NCBI GenBank assembly: GCA_937951485.1
Contig: CALEDJ010000045.1
Coordinates: 139,100-203,099, forward strand
Direction: 5' to 3'
Origin: an uncultured bacterium
GTDB lineage: Bacteria; Hydrogenedentota; Hydrogenedentia; Hydrogenedentales; CAILVY01
DNA length: 64,000 nucleotides
Part shown: positions 18,683 through 28,332 of the stretch, piece after piece
Position numbering within the stretch: the first letter of the stretch is position 1
Layout of the letters: each line of letters opens with the position of its first letter
Position numbers and translations under genes: made by a program
Notes under the pieces: model-generated
What the model was told of the DNA's origin: nothing
The model's database searches: none
Seen by the model: only the letters and a program-made list of their open reading frames with translations

Positions 18683-19492
18683 TCAGCGCAGGTATTCGCG
18701 CGGGGCGTTGCGCAGGAAGCGTTCGGTGAAGATGTTGTCGGGCAGGCCGACCTCGTAGGTGACGGTGGTGTATTCCATCACGGTCTCGCCGCCGATGTTG
18801 ATGTCTTCCATCTTCGCCCGGGTGACGGTCTGGTAACCCTGGATTTCCTGCACCTCGAGCGCCTGGGCCGTGCGATAAACCTTGCCGCCTTTCTCGTATT
18901 CAATCTTGACGGGCAGGAAGGTGCCTTTGTGCACATACACCTTGTAGGAGTCGAACTCGACCTGCCGGGGGTCCTTCGGGGTGTTCTTCACCACGTAGAA
19001 GTTCGCGGTGGTTTCCACGAGTTCGTGGTCGTCCTCGTCCAGCCCGCGCCCAGACACGTCTTCATAGAAGAAGTGCGAGCCGACGAAACTGGTGCGCTCG
19101 TCCGAAGCGGCGATGCGCCGCACCACGTCCAGCCCCGGCAGGTAGAGCCATCGGTCGTCATCGCGTCCGATGTGTTTGTGCACCATGAAGACCGTGCCGC
19201 GCACATCGGCGGGCGCGTGGAGATAGACGTAGAACTTCTGGCCCTCGTCGCGGTCGTCTGTGTTCAGGCGCAGGATGGTCAATTCGCGCTGGCGTTCGCG
19301 GCCCTGCGCGTCCCTGATGGTCATTTTGACCACGGCCTTGCCGTCCTTTCCCTGGTAATACGCGGCGTGGTTGGCGCGCTTGACGATCTCATTCACATCG
19401 GTCAGGTCCTGCGCCCGGGCGGTCACGCCCTGCGTCAAGGCCGTCACCAGCGTCGCCACCAGCGCCGCCCGAATCATCGCATGTTGTTTCAT
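18683..19492 (-). CDS. Outer-membrane lipoprotein-sorting (LolA-like) periplasmic protein
   Basis: Signal peptide; PADVRGTVFMV..DDRWLYLPGL..RRIA..SFVGSHFFYED is the typical family pattern; GGAGG RBS. Confidence 0.85.
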   Translation of the reverse strand: MKQHAMIRAALVATLVTALTQGVTARAQDLTDVNEIVKRANHAAYYQGKDGKAVVKMTIRDAQGRERQRELTILRLNTDDRDEGQKFYVYLHAPADVRGTVFMVHKHIGRDDDRWLYLPGLDVVRRIAASDERTSFVGSHFFYEDVSGRGLDEDDHELVETTANFYVVKNTPKDPRQVEFDSYKVYVHKGTFLPVKIEYEKGGKVYRTAQALEVQEIQGYQTVTRAKMEDINIGGETVMEYTTVTYEVGLPDNIFTERFLRNAPREYLR

Positions 19493-19553
19493 CGTGGTTA
19501 CCTCCTTTGCTCACGAAGGCCGCTCCGGCCTTCGCCATGTTCAGTTTACTGCG

Positions 19554-22442
19554 TCAACACGAGGGTTTGTCGTCCGGCGGCGCGCATTGCGCGCGGCGCG
19601 ACAGCAGCCAGCACGACGCCGCAATAAGGGGCAGCACCGCAAGGCTCACCCAACTCAGCGTGGTCCAGCCCAGGTGGAGGAACTGCTGCACATTCACCGC
19701 GACCACGGCCACCGCCGCGAGGCCGGACACAATGCAGGTGCCGCAGTGGCAGGTCACTGTGCACACGCGGGTCTTCGGGAACAGCAGCGGTTCGAGCGTC
19801 TTGATCAGGGCGGGCAGCAGCACGAGCGTGGTCGCGCCCGACAAGAACAGGATCGCCGCCATGAAGAAGCCGACGGTGATGTAGGGCACCAGGGGCGCGA
19901 GCAGCAGCGGCAGGAAGCCCACCGCGACGACGATCACGTTGCGCATGATCGCGCGGGCCGGCTCGCCGAAGACCTCGCTGTGCGCTTCGGCCCAGGTGCC
20001 CTTTTCCGCGTAGATTTCGCGCGACCGCGCGAGGAAATGGATGGCGAAATCCACCGCCAGCCCCAGCGTCAGGGCGGACAGCACCGCGACCGGCATGTCG
20101 TAGTCTTTCCCCGCAAAGCCCATCACGCCATAGATGAGCGCAATGGTGAGGGAAAGCGGAATCATGCTCAGCAGGCCCCACAGGCCGGACCGGAACAACA
20201 CGATCATCATGAGCAGCACGATGAGGAATGCGCCCAGGAAAGACTGCGCCATGCCCCAGACCATCTTGTCCTGCCAGACGACGTTGATGTAGGTCAGGCC
20301 GAACCATTCCGGTTCCAGGCCGAAGGGCGGCGGATTCTCCGTCGTGAACGCCGCAATCGCGTTCACCACGCGGTTCATGTCCTGGTTGTCGCCGCTTTTC
20401 AACTGCACCCAGATGCTGCCTTCGCGGTAGTCCGGCGTGACGAAGTGATAGAGGTCGTTGGGGCGGTGACTGCTCTCGAACGTCAGCAGACATTGCGCCA
20501 CAGCGCTGGCGGTGTCGGGGATGCGGTACGCCTCGTCCGCGCCCTCGAACAACTCGCGATGCACCGTTTTCACGAGGTCGGCGATGGAATTTGTCTTGCC
20601 CACGATCGCCGTGGCCTCCAGCGCCTGCTGCATTTGCTCCAGATAACGCAGCGTCTCCGGCTGCTTATACAATTCACCACGCTGGCGTTCCACGCCGATG
20701 AACCTTGCCAGGTCTTCCCATGCATACGCCGCGTCGCCCGCCGCCGCCGCCAGGCGTTCCTCGATGAAGTCCGCCGCTTCGGCCAGGAGCGCGTCCGCAT
20801 CCGCGCCGCGCGCGCCGGCGGCGTCAGCGTTCTCGCGCAGGGCCGCCGCCGCTTCCACCAGGCCGGGACTCATTCCCTCGTGATCGCGCACGAACGCTTC
20901 GAGCCGCTCCCGCATGCCCGCCAGAAAATCTTCCGCGCTTTCCGCCGCGCCGGTGGGCCGCAGCGCAAGGTAGGCCATGTAGGTGCCGCCGAAATGCTCG
21001 TTCAGCACGGTATCCGCTACGCGGATCGGGTGCGACGCCTTGAACCACTTTGTCGGGTTGTCGTTGATGACGATGGTGCTCATGCCGTAGACCGACAAGA
21101 CCGCCAGCACCGCCGCGCCGGCGAAGATCAGTTTCACGCGCCGCCAGGTGAAGCGGTCCAGCCGGCCCAGGATGCGTTCCACCGGCGTATGCGCGGCGGG
21201 TTTTTCGTCCGCTCCCGCCGCATGCACCGCGCCGAAATTCTCCAGTTTCTTCTGCGGAATGAACATGATGTAGGCGGGGATGAAGCACATGGTCAAGAAC
21301 CATGCCGCGGCGATGCCAATCGCGACGAAAATGCCGAAGACCTGCACCGGTGGAATCGGCGTCAGCGACAACGAAGTGAAGCCCGCCATGGAGGTCAGTG
21401 TTGTGTAAAGCATCGGCATGAACAACGTCCGCATCACATCCGTCAGGGTTTTTCGCCGATCCTTCGTCAACTGGTAGCGTTCAAAGAATTCCGAAAGGAT
21501 ATGGATCGAGTCCAGCACCGCAATCGGCATGATGAAAATGGGGATCATCGAACTCATGATGTGGACGGTGTTTCCCGTGATCACCAGCAGGCCCATCGTC
21601 CAGATCACCGACAGTATCGCCACGATCATCGGTGAGACAATCAGCACCAGTTTTCGGAAGAACACCAGCATCAGGAGGAAGATGACGAGCATCGCCAGCG
21701 GCGCCGAGATGGCCATCTGGATGAACATCTCCACGCCGAAGGTGTCGTTCGCCACCGGCAACCCCGTGATGTGGTATTGCTCGTCGCCGTCGTAGGTCGC
21801 GATTTCCCGGCGCAACGCGGAGTACACGCGGTAACTCTGGTCCTTCGCGGTGATCGGCAGGTACAGCGAGATCATCTTGCCGCTCTCCGACACCAGCGTG
21901 CCCTTGAGGAACGGCAGGCGCATCGCCTTGTCGCGAATCGCCAGCGCCTCCTCGCGCGTCCGGGGCGGCTCCGGCATCAGCCATTCAAAACGCACCTCGC
22001 CCAGCCCGCCCTGCTCGATGTTGTCCACCGTGGACGGCGCCAGCAATTCGCTCACCACCACCCCGTCGTACTGGGTGGGGTCGTCCCTGCGCGGCCAGCG
22101 CAGGGTCTTGGCAAATTCCGTCAGCCGGTGAATCTTCTCCAGCGAGGCCGGATTGAAGACCCCGTCCGGGTCCTTGTCGTTGACGACGCCCACCACTACG
22201 ATGTCATACAGCGTGAGCGCCTTTTTCATCTGGTTGTGGAAAACGCGCACCGGCTCGTCGCTGCTGAGCATATTCTCCGGGTCCGTGTCCACCCGCAACG
22301 GCGGCAGCATGAAAAACACGCCGGGAAACAGCGTCGGCAATGCCGCGAGCAACAACAGGACCGCCGTCATCGCGATCATCACCCCCGTCACCAGGCGCGG
22401 ACGGTTCATCGAAAACTCAACCATTCGCATGCCCCGATTCAT
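19554..22442 (-). CDS. MMPL/RND family transporter
   Basis: Two repeats of a periplasmic loop plus 5-6 TM helices; IAVLDSIHIL and GLAVDFAIHF motifs; VDTDPENML N-terminus. Confidence 0.9.
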   Translation of the reverse strand: MNRGMRMVEFSMNRPRLVTGVMIAMTAVLLLLAALPTLFPGVFFMLPPLRVDTDPENMLSSDEPVRVFHNQMKKALTLYDIVVVGVVNDKDPDGVFNPASLEKIHRLTEFAKTLRWPRRDDPTQYDGVVVSELLAPSTVDNIEQGGLGEVRFEWLMPEPPRTREEALAIRDKAMRLPFLKGTLVSESGKMISLYLPITAKDQSYRVYSALRREIATYDGDEQYHITGLPVANDTFGVEMFIQMAISAPLAMLVIFLLMLVFFRKLVLIVSPMIVAILSVIWTMGLLVITGNTVHIMSSMIPIFIMPIAVLDSIHILSEFFERYQLTKDRRKTLTDVMRTLFMPMLYTTLTSMAGFTSLSLTPIPPVQVFGIFVAIGIAAAWFLTMCFIPAYIMFIPQKKLENFGAVHAAGADEKPAAHTPVERILGRLDRFTWRRVKLIFAGAAVLAVLSVYGMSTIVINDNPTKWFKASHPIRVADTVLNEHFGGTYMAYLALRPTGAAESAEDFLAGMRERLEAFVRDHEGMSPGLVEAAAALRENADAAGARGADADALLAEAADFIEERLAAAAGDAAYAWEDLARFIGVERQRGELYKQPETLRYLEQMQQALEATAIVGKTNSIADLVKTVHRELFEGADEAYRIPDTASAVAQCLLTFESSHRPNDLYHFVTPDYREGSIWVQLKSGDNQDMNRVVNAIAAFTTENPPPFGLEPEWFGLTYINVVWQDKMVWGMAQSFLGAFLIVLLMMIVLFRSGLWGLLSMIPLSLTIALIYGVMGFAGKDYDMPVAVLSALTLGLAVDFAIHFLARSREIYAEKGTWAEAHSEVFGEPARAIMRNVIVVAVGFLPLLLAPLVPYITVGFFMAAILFLSGATTLVLLPALIKTLEPLLFPKTRVCTVTCHCGTCIVSGLAAVAVVAVNVQQFLHLGWTTLSWVSLAVLPLIAASCWLLSRRAQCAPPDDKPSC

Positions 22443-22810
22443 AATGCGCTCCTTCCTTGTGCAATGCTTGTTTCCGAAACCGATGCGGACTTGCTCCCGT
22501 TTTTCGAGATCCGCGCCAAGCCCCGCGTAATCGCCGCCGCAATCACCTCCGGCGGCTGCACCCCCGCCAGCCGCGCCGCCTCCGCACCGTCCGCCAATAC
22601 CACCAAGGTCGGTACTTCACCCACATCATAGCGCCAAAGCATTTCCTGCGCCACCTCCGCGTCCACCCGGCGCACCCGCACCCGCCCGCCGAAATCCGCC
22701 AGCGCCCGCTCCAGGTTGCGCCGCTGCATCTCGCACTGCACGCACCACCGCGTGAAAAAGTCCAGCAATTCCAGCCGTTTGGAGGGGTGTTCGGACGATG
22801 ACTGCCGCAT
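22439..22810 (-). CDS. Thioredoxin family protein
   Basis: LDFFTRWCVQC (WCxxC), VPTLVVL; GAGGAGG RBS. Confidence 0.8.
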   Translation of the reverse strand: MRQSSSEHPSKRLELLDFFTRWCVQCEMQRRNLERALADFGGRVRVRRVDAEVAQEMLWRYDVGEVPTLVVLADGAEAARLAGVQPPEVIAAAITRGLARISKNGSKSASVSETSIAQGRSAL

Positions 22811-22822
22811 CGGGACGCCTCC

Positions 22823-23026
22823 TCACCGGGACTCGCCGCAATGGCGCATCCCGGCTTTCTCCAGCACCCACATCATTGGACACCAGTTCGTGAAGCCCGA
22901 CTGAAGCAGGTTCAAGCCCACAAAAGCCGTCAGCCCCAGCCAATACGGATGGTGCGCCAGCGACAGCCCCAGGCTGCCCAGCACCACCACCCCCGCTATT
23001 GTCCGCAATGTCCGCTCAATATCCAT
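22823..23026 (-). CDS. DUF2892 (YgaP-like) small membrane protein
   Basis: ERTLRTIAG..WLGLTAFVGLNLLQSGFTNWCP; AGGAG RBS. Confidence 0.9.
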   Translation of the reverse strand: MDIERTLRTIAGVVVLGSLGLSLAHHPYWLGLTAFVGLNLLQSGFTNWCPMMWVLEKAGMRHCGESR

Positions 23027-23072
23027 TGTTGTATTCTCCTTGGTTGTTGTGCCGAAGCGTTGTCAAGGAAAT

Positions 23073-23088
23073 TGCAAGGATTGTGCCA
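23073..23088 (-). promoter_or_regulatory. Sigma54 (-24/-12) promoter of the DUF2892-Trx-MMPL operon
   Basis: Minus strand TGGCACAATCCTTGCA matches TGGCAC-N5-TTGC, about 47 bp upstream of the ATG, with an AT-rich IHF-like tract upstream. Confidence 0.8.
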
Positions 23089-23173
23089 ACGAAAGGGGAA
23101 ACGGGAATAAAATTATAAGTCTATTGAAAACAACAATTTAGGATGCAGGATGGACAGCAGGCCCTCGAAAATT

Positions 23174-23245
23174 CGTTGCAAGACAACGTTGCATTGCATA
23201 ATTCTTTGCATTGCAACGATTCCCTGTGATGTTGCAGAGACAACA
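23174..23245. promoter_or_regulatory. Candidate enhancer (UAS) sites for a sigma54 activator
   Basis: cGTTGCAaGACAACg (23174), tGTTGCAgaGACAACa (23230), and the intervening palindrome cgttgcattgca-N9-tgcattgcaacg, 90-160 bp upstream of the promoter. Confidence 0.5.
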
Positions 23246-23465
23246 ATAATATCTCTTGCCTTTTTGCTTGATGCCTTCCCTGTGCTGACCCGGGTTTTTC
23301 CCCCGCCCGGCCTGTTAAAGCGTGAACATGATGTGCTACAACGTGCTTGCTCTTTGACAGTTGGTTTTCCACCCCGGCCCGGCATGTTAAAGCGTGAACA
23401 ACGTACACGCTGCCCCCCTGTCCCTGCTATCCCTGTTGTCTCTTCCTGTGCTTCAGCGCTTGCGC

Positions 23466-24272
23466 CTATCGTTGGTCTATGCGGTAGCCCGGCTGGGAGT
23501 AATCCCGGACGTTGGTGCCGGGCCGCGTGGGATAGGCCATATTCCCTTCGATTTTGAGACTGGGTTTGGAATAATCGCGGGCATTGGTGCCGGGGCGGGT
23601 GGGGTGGATCATGTTGCCGTCAATGCGCGCGCCGGGCTGGGAGTAATCCCGGACGTTGGTTCCGGGTCGGGTCGGATAGACCTTGTCGCCATCAATCCTG
23701 AGTCCGGGCTTGGAATAATCACGCACATTGGACCCGGGGCGCGTGGGATAGATCATGTTGCCGTCCATGCGGGCGCCGGGTTGTGACCAGTCACGCACGC
23801 CGGTTCCCGGCCGAGTGGGGAAGATGTTGTCCCCTTCGATGCGATACCCCGGTTTTGAGTAGTCGCGGACGCCGGTGCCGGGGCGGGTGGGATAGATCAT
23901 GTTGCCGTCCATGCGGGCGCCGGGTTGCGATCTGTCGGGGAGGGTCGTGCCCGGCAGGGTGGGGTAGATGTGGTCGCGAACGATTTTATATCCGGGCCGG
24001 GAATAGTCCCGAATGGTTGACCCCGGCAGGGTCGGATAGACGTTGTCGCGTTCGATGCGGTATCCGGGTTTGGACATATCCCGCACGCTGCTTCCCGGCA
24101 GGGTGGGATAAACCCTGTCCCGATCAATGACATAGCCGGGTTTGGAATAATCCCTGATGGCGCTTCCGGGATGCGTCGGAAATACCATGCCCCGCTGGGC
24201 AATCGCGCCGCCCGCCAGCCAGATCGCGACCGCCACCATGCATGCCGCCCGCACACCAGGCCGTCTTTTCAT
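23466..24272 (-). CDS. Secreted protein made of ten 24-aa tandem repeats (unknown function)
   Basis: Signal peptide MKRR...AIA|Q, then 10 x [IV]YPT[RL]PG[ST]xVRDYS[KQ]PGx[RK]I[DE]G[DN]x; GAGGA RBS. Confidence 0.85.
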   Translation of the reverse strand: MKRRPGVRAACMVAVAIWLAGGAIAQRGMVFPTHPGSAIRDYSKPGYVIDRDRVYPTLPGSSVRDMSKPGYRIERDNVYPTLPGSTIRDYSRPGYKIVRDHIYPTLPGTTLPDRSQPGARMDGNMIYPTRPGTGVRDYSKPGYRIEGDNIFPTRPGTGVRDWSQPGARMDGNMIYPTRPGSNVRDYSKPGLRIDGDKVYPTRPGTNVRDYSQPGARIDGNMIHPTRPGTNARDYSKPSLKIEGNMAYPTRPGTNVRDYSQPGYRIDQR

Positions 24273-24586
24273 TGCAGTTTCCTCCTGTTTCCGATTTTCT
24301 TGCGGTTGTTTTCTCCCGTTTGTTGAATGATACCGGCTGAGAACATTTCGCATTCCATGGGGCCCGTGAGGCGCGGCCATCGCCGAAAGGTCGCATCGCC
24401 GTGCATACCGCACGTTCTGCATGCCCGGATTCACCCACATAATCAGACGAAAGAGAACAGAAAAAATTCATTGTTCCGATGGTGCTCCGGCCCCAGCCGT
24501 TCCGTGCGCCATGAATAACGGGTTTGCATGGAGACCACGCGCGTGGCATCATGAGGCCGGACAGGGGGAACAAACGGTCGGCGAAA

Positions 24587-26269
24587 ATGAAAGAACCTGA
24601 TACAGAAGATAAGCGTGTGGCGCAGGATGGGTTGGATTCGGATGGGACGGAAGCGACGCGGCCTCAATCTCCGCGCCGCGATCGCGGTGCATTGCGGCCG
24701 CCGACAGACCTTCATGCGTGGCGACTCCTCCAACAGCGGCGGCGGCTGCAATTCTGGCGCGCGGGGGTGGTGGGGCTGGTGGCGGGGGGCGTGGCGGTGT
24801 TTTTCGAGCGGTCGCTCAACTGGGCGGAGGGATTGCGTTTTGAACTGCTGAGGTACCTGTACGCGGCGCATCCCACGTGGGGTTGGGTGGTGCTCCCGGT
24901 GGTGACAGGGGGTATCGGGGCCTGCATCGGATGGCTGACGGCGCGGAGTTGCCCCGAAGCGGCAGGGAGCGGTATTCCGAACGTCAAGGGCGTTCTGGCA
25001 CACACGGAAACCATGTCCTGGAAGCGTCTGTTACCGGTGAAGTTTATCGGGGGCGTGTCCTGCATCGGCAGCGGATTTTCGCTGGGTCGCGAAGGCCCGA
25101 CGGTGCAGATGGGCGCGGCGGTGGGGCAGGCGGTGGGCGGGTTACTGCGCGTGCCTGCGCAGGCGCGCCCACATCTGATTGCCTGCGGCGCGGGGGCCGG
25201 TTTGTCCGCCGCATTCAATGCGCCCCTCGCGGGATTCATCTTCACCATCGAAGAATTGCAGCGGGAATTCTCGACGCTGACCTACGGGACAGCATTGATA
25301 GCGGCCGTTGTGGCGGATATTGTGATGCGCTCGATGATGGGACACGCCCCGGCTTTTTCGATTACCGGATACGCCACCCCGCCCCTGACGGAACTGCCGC
25401 TTTTTGGGCTGGTGGGGTTGGCGGCGGGATTGCTTGGCGTGGCGTTCAATATGGCGATCCTGTGGACCAAACGCCAGAGCGACAGGCATATCCGGCTGCG
25501 CCCCTGGCAGCGGGCCGGGCTGATTGGCGTGCTGGTGGGATTGGTCGGGTGGTTTCTCCCCGAGGTGCTTGGCACCGGGCACCGTGTCGCGGAACACGTA
25601 CTTCGCGGCGACTACGCTTCATATGACATGATCGGGTTTCTGGCGCTTCTTTTTGCCGGGAAATTCGCATTGACGGTCCTGAGTTATCTCGCGGGGGTGC
25701 CGGGCGGTATTTTCGCGCCCATGCTGCTGCTTGGAGCGGTCATCGGGCTTGCTGTGGGGCAGATGGGCTTGTTTCTGTTTTCGGACCTTGCGCCGACGCC
25801 CGCCGCCTTCGCCGTGGCGGGGATGGCGGCTTATTTCTCGGCGGTGGTGCGCGCCCCCCTCACCGGCATCGTGCTGGTCCTGGAAATGACCCATAACTAT
25901 GAGCAACTCCTGCCCCTGCTGGTCGCGTGCATGATTGCCTACCTTGTGGCGGATCGGATGAATATCCGGCCCATCTATGATGCGCTGCTGCACTATTCGC
26001 TCGAACGGCGGGGTCCGGCGGCGTTGACTGCCGCCGAGCCGACACTCCAGGAATTCGTGGTGGAGCCGGAATCCTTCATGGACGGCTGCGCCATCCGCGA
26101 TCTGGGGCTGCCCGAGGGCTGCCTGCTGGTGACCATTACGCGCGCCCAACAGGAAATCATCCCCCACGGCGACACCATGCTTGCGGCGGGCGACCGCATC
26201 ACGGTCGTGGTGTCGGGACGACAGGGCCGCGCCTATGAACAACTGCACATGCTCAGCCGCGCATCCTAG
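24587..26269 (+). CDS. clcA: H+/Cl- antiporter ClcA with a C-terminal TrkA-C (RCK_C) domain
   Basis: GSGIP, GREGP, AAFNAPLAGFIFTIEE and GIFAP signatures; C-terminal LPEGCLLVTITR..PHGDTMLAAGD. Start uncertain (24524-24587). Confidence 0.9.
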   Translation: MKEPDTEDKRVAQDGLDSDGTEATRPQSPRRDRGALRPPTDLHAWRLLQQRRRLQFWRAGVVGLVAGGVAVFFERSLNWAEGLRFELLRYLYAAHPTWGWVVLPVVTGGIGACIGWLTARSCPEAAGSGIPNVKGVLAHTETMSWKRLLPVKFIGGVSCIGSGFSLGREGPTVQMGAAVGQAVGGLLRVPAQARPHLIACGAGAGLSAAFNAPLAGFIFTIEELQREFSTLTYGTALIAAVVADIVMRSMMGHAPAFSITGYATPPLTELPLFGLVGLAAGLLGVAFNMAILWTKRQSDRHIRLRPWQRAGLIGVLVGLVGWFLPEVLGTGHRVAEHVLRGDYASYDMIGFLALLFAGKFALTVLSYLAGVPGGIFAPMLLLGAVIGLAVGQMGLFLFSDLAPTPAAFAVAGMAAYFSAVVRAPLTGIVLVLEMTHNYEQLLPLLVACMIAYLVADRMNIRPIYDALLHYSLERRGPAALTAAEPTLQEFVVEPESFMDGCAIRDLGLPEGCLLVTITRAQQEIIPHGDTMLAAGDRITVVVSGRQGRAYEQLHMLSRAS

Positions 26270-26514
26270 AAAACATGTCCCAATCACTTGCTGACATTTC
26301 TTCCGGGACTGAGGAAGATCACCTCGCGTCATCTGTTGTTCGCTTTCCCGGATATTGCGTTCAGATGCATGGACGGACCACTCCAGTACGGTCCTTTTCC
26401 CGGAGTCTGTCGCAGATGATGAAAACATTGCCGAAAAACCTGTCGTCGGGGCTTGCCGAAAGCCCGGATGTTCTGCTACGCTATGGAAGCGATGACTGGT
26501 TGCGGGGACTATAC

Positions 26515-27450
26515 ATGCGGCTCGATATTGCAGCGCAGACGGATACGGGAAGACGCAAGACCAAGAACGAAGACTACTACGGCGTGTATCGAGAAGATAC
26601 GCCGGGGCTGAAGTTGTTCAAGGAAGGCGCTTTACTGGTGGTGGCCGACGGACTTGGAGGGCATATCGGCGGCGACATCGCCAGCAAATTGGCGGTGTCC
26701 ATTGTCCGTGACATTCTCAAGGAAGATCCGCCGCCCGCGCCCACCATCCACGATGAGATTGACGAACGTGATGAAGGGCCGCTGCCGCTCATGCGCGCCG
26801 CATTCGCCAAGGCCAACGACAGTATCTATCAAACCAACAAGGACCTGGTCCAGGGAAAGCGTCCGATGGGCACCACCGTGCTCGCCGCCCAGATCGAACC
26901 CCGAAAGGTCTATGTGGCCAATATCGGCGATTCCCGGTGTTACCACATCCGGGACGGTGAAATCATCGCCCGCACCGAAGACCATTCCTGGGTGGATGAG
27001 CAGGTGAAGATGGGGTTGATGTCCAAGGCCGAGGCCGAAACCGACCGCCGCAAGAATATTGTGACCCGCTGCGTCGGCACCCATCCCGACATCACCGTGG
27101 ACACCTACCGGTGGCACATCGTGCCCGGCGACATGCTGTTGCTGTGCACCGACGGCCTCGTCAATATGGTCTCCGACTCGGAAATCAAGAAGGAATTCCG
27201 CAAAGACGGCACCGCCGCCGACATCGCGCAGCGCCTGGTCCGCCTCGCCAATGAGAACGGCGGCAAAGACAACATCACCGTCGTCGTGGCGTGCATCAGC
27301 CCGAATCCGGTGCGGCAAATCTATCTGCGTGCGCGCTCCTTTTTTCGGCGAAACCGGATCACCATCGGGTGGCTGATCTTCCTGCTCGTTTATGGCGCTG
27401 TATGCGCCGCCGCCGGTTATTTCGCGGGGCTTCGTCGTTTGTTCTTCTGA
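26515..27450 (+). CDS. PP2C-family Ser/Thr phosphatase (Stp1/PrpC-like) with a C-terminal TM anchor
   Basis: NED, VADGLGG, MGTT, NIGDSR, LCTDGL, GGKDNIT. Confidence 0.93.
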   Translation: MRLDIAAQTDTGRRKTKNEDYYGVYREDTPGLKLFKEGALLVVADGLGGHIGGDIASKLAVSIVRDILKEDPPPAPTIHDEIDERDEGPLPLMRAAFAKANDSIYQTNKDLVQGKRPMGTTVLAAQIEPRKVYVANIGDSRCYHIRDGEIIARTEDHSWVDEQVKMGLMSKAEAETDRRKNIVTRCVGTHPDITVDTYRWHIVPGDMLLLCTDGLVNMVSDSEIKKEFRKDGTAADIAQRLVRLANENGGKDNITVVVACISPNPVRQIYLRARSFFRRNRITIGWLIFLLVYGAVCAAAGYFAGLRRLFF

Positions 27451-27573
27451 GTGCCGTCGGGGGCAAAGGGCGAAAGGACAAAGCGGTTTTGGAGACCCTC
27501 GGTCGAGATAGCGGATCGGCAGGGAAAAGGGCCAAAACGAGAATGGGGATCAGGGTGGGGCGTCGTTGTTTTC

Positions 27574-28329
27574 TTAGGGCAATGCGGCAGCGTAAAAGGG
27601 CAGCAGGTTGTGTCGCAAGGCTTCCACAGCGCGGCTGGCGCATTGGTGCTGTTCTTCGAGAAAACCCCGGCATTGCATGAAAAAGACTTGCTCTTCCGTG
27701 GACACGTGCGGGGCGATTCCCCGCCTCGCATCATAGACACATCGGTGCGGCTGCCGCTCTTCCGAATGCCATATGACGTCAACCCGGCGCTGTTGTCGCG
27801 GCCAGGCACCCGACATGCGCAAGAAAATCATCAGCGAGAAGCCGTTGAAAAGCATCTCCGGCACGGCATTTTCAGCGCAGACCTGCTCGCGCGCTTCTTG
27901 CAGATCATCCGCATGCAGGCTGGTGGCCAGCATGTATCCTTTTTCCTGTAAGGCGCAATAGGCGCGCAGCGGTGCGCCCCAGAGATAGGCGAAATAAGGA
28001 CCGGCCCCAATCTCATGGCAGACAAAACACCGGCGACCGTCCGAGGGCGTCGCGCTTGCCTGACGCACGACCTCCGCTGTGGCAGCGACCAGTTCCATGT
28101 CCGGCGGAACAAGGTTGAGCAAAGCGCACATGACGGTGGTTTTCCCCGCGCCGCCGGGCCGCGCACCCACCATGAATGACGCGCCCCGCGCGATGCGGAC
28201 CATCAACCACGCCGCCAGGTCGAGGTCCAGTGTTCCCGCGTCGATCAGGTCCAGCATGGAGAGCATGCGCCCGCCGCGCTGGTTGCAACGGTCGAGTTCC
28301 CGGCAATGCCGTCGTACGGCGGCGTCCAT
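27574..28329 (-). CDS. Short P-loop ATPase related to the C-terminal domain of VirB11/TadA secretion ATPases
   Basis: DLIDAGTL..AAWL..SFMVGARPGGAGKTT, HEIG (Walker B-like), ATSLHADD (His box-like). Confidence 0.6.
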   Translation of the reverse strand: MDAAVRRHCRELDRCNQRGGRMLSMLDLIDAGTLDLDLAAWLMVRIARGASFMVGARPGGAGKTTVMCALLNLVPPDMELVAATAEVVRQASATPSDGRRCFVCHEIGAGPYFAYLWGAPLRAYCALQEKGYMLATSLHADDLQEAREQVCAENAVPEMLFNGFSLMIFLRMSGAWPRQQRRVDVIWHSEERQPHRCVYDARRGIAPHVSTEEQVFFMQCRGFLEEQHQCASRAVEALRHNLLPFYAAALP

Positions 28330-28332
28330 GCG

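Noticed and set aside
23466-24200. 72-bp DNA periodicity as a CRISPR array or non-coding satellite
   Set aside because: It is fully explained by the in-frame 24-aa protein repeat with synonymous variation.
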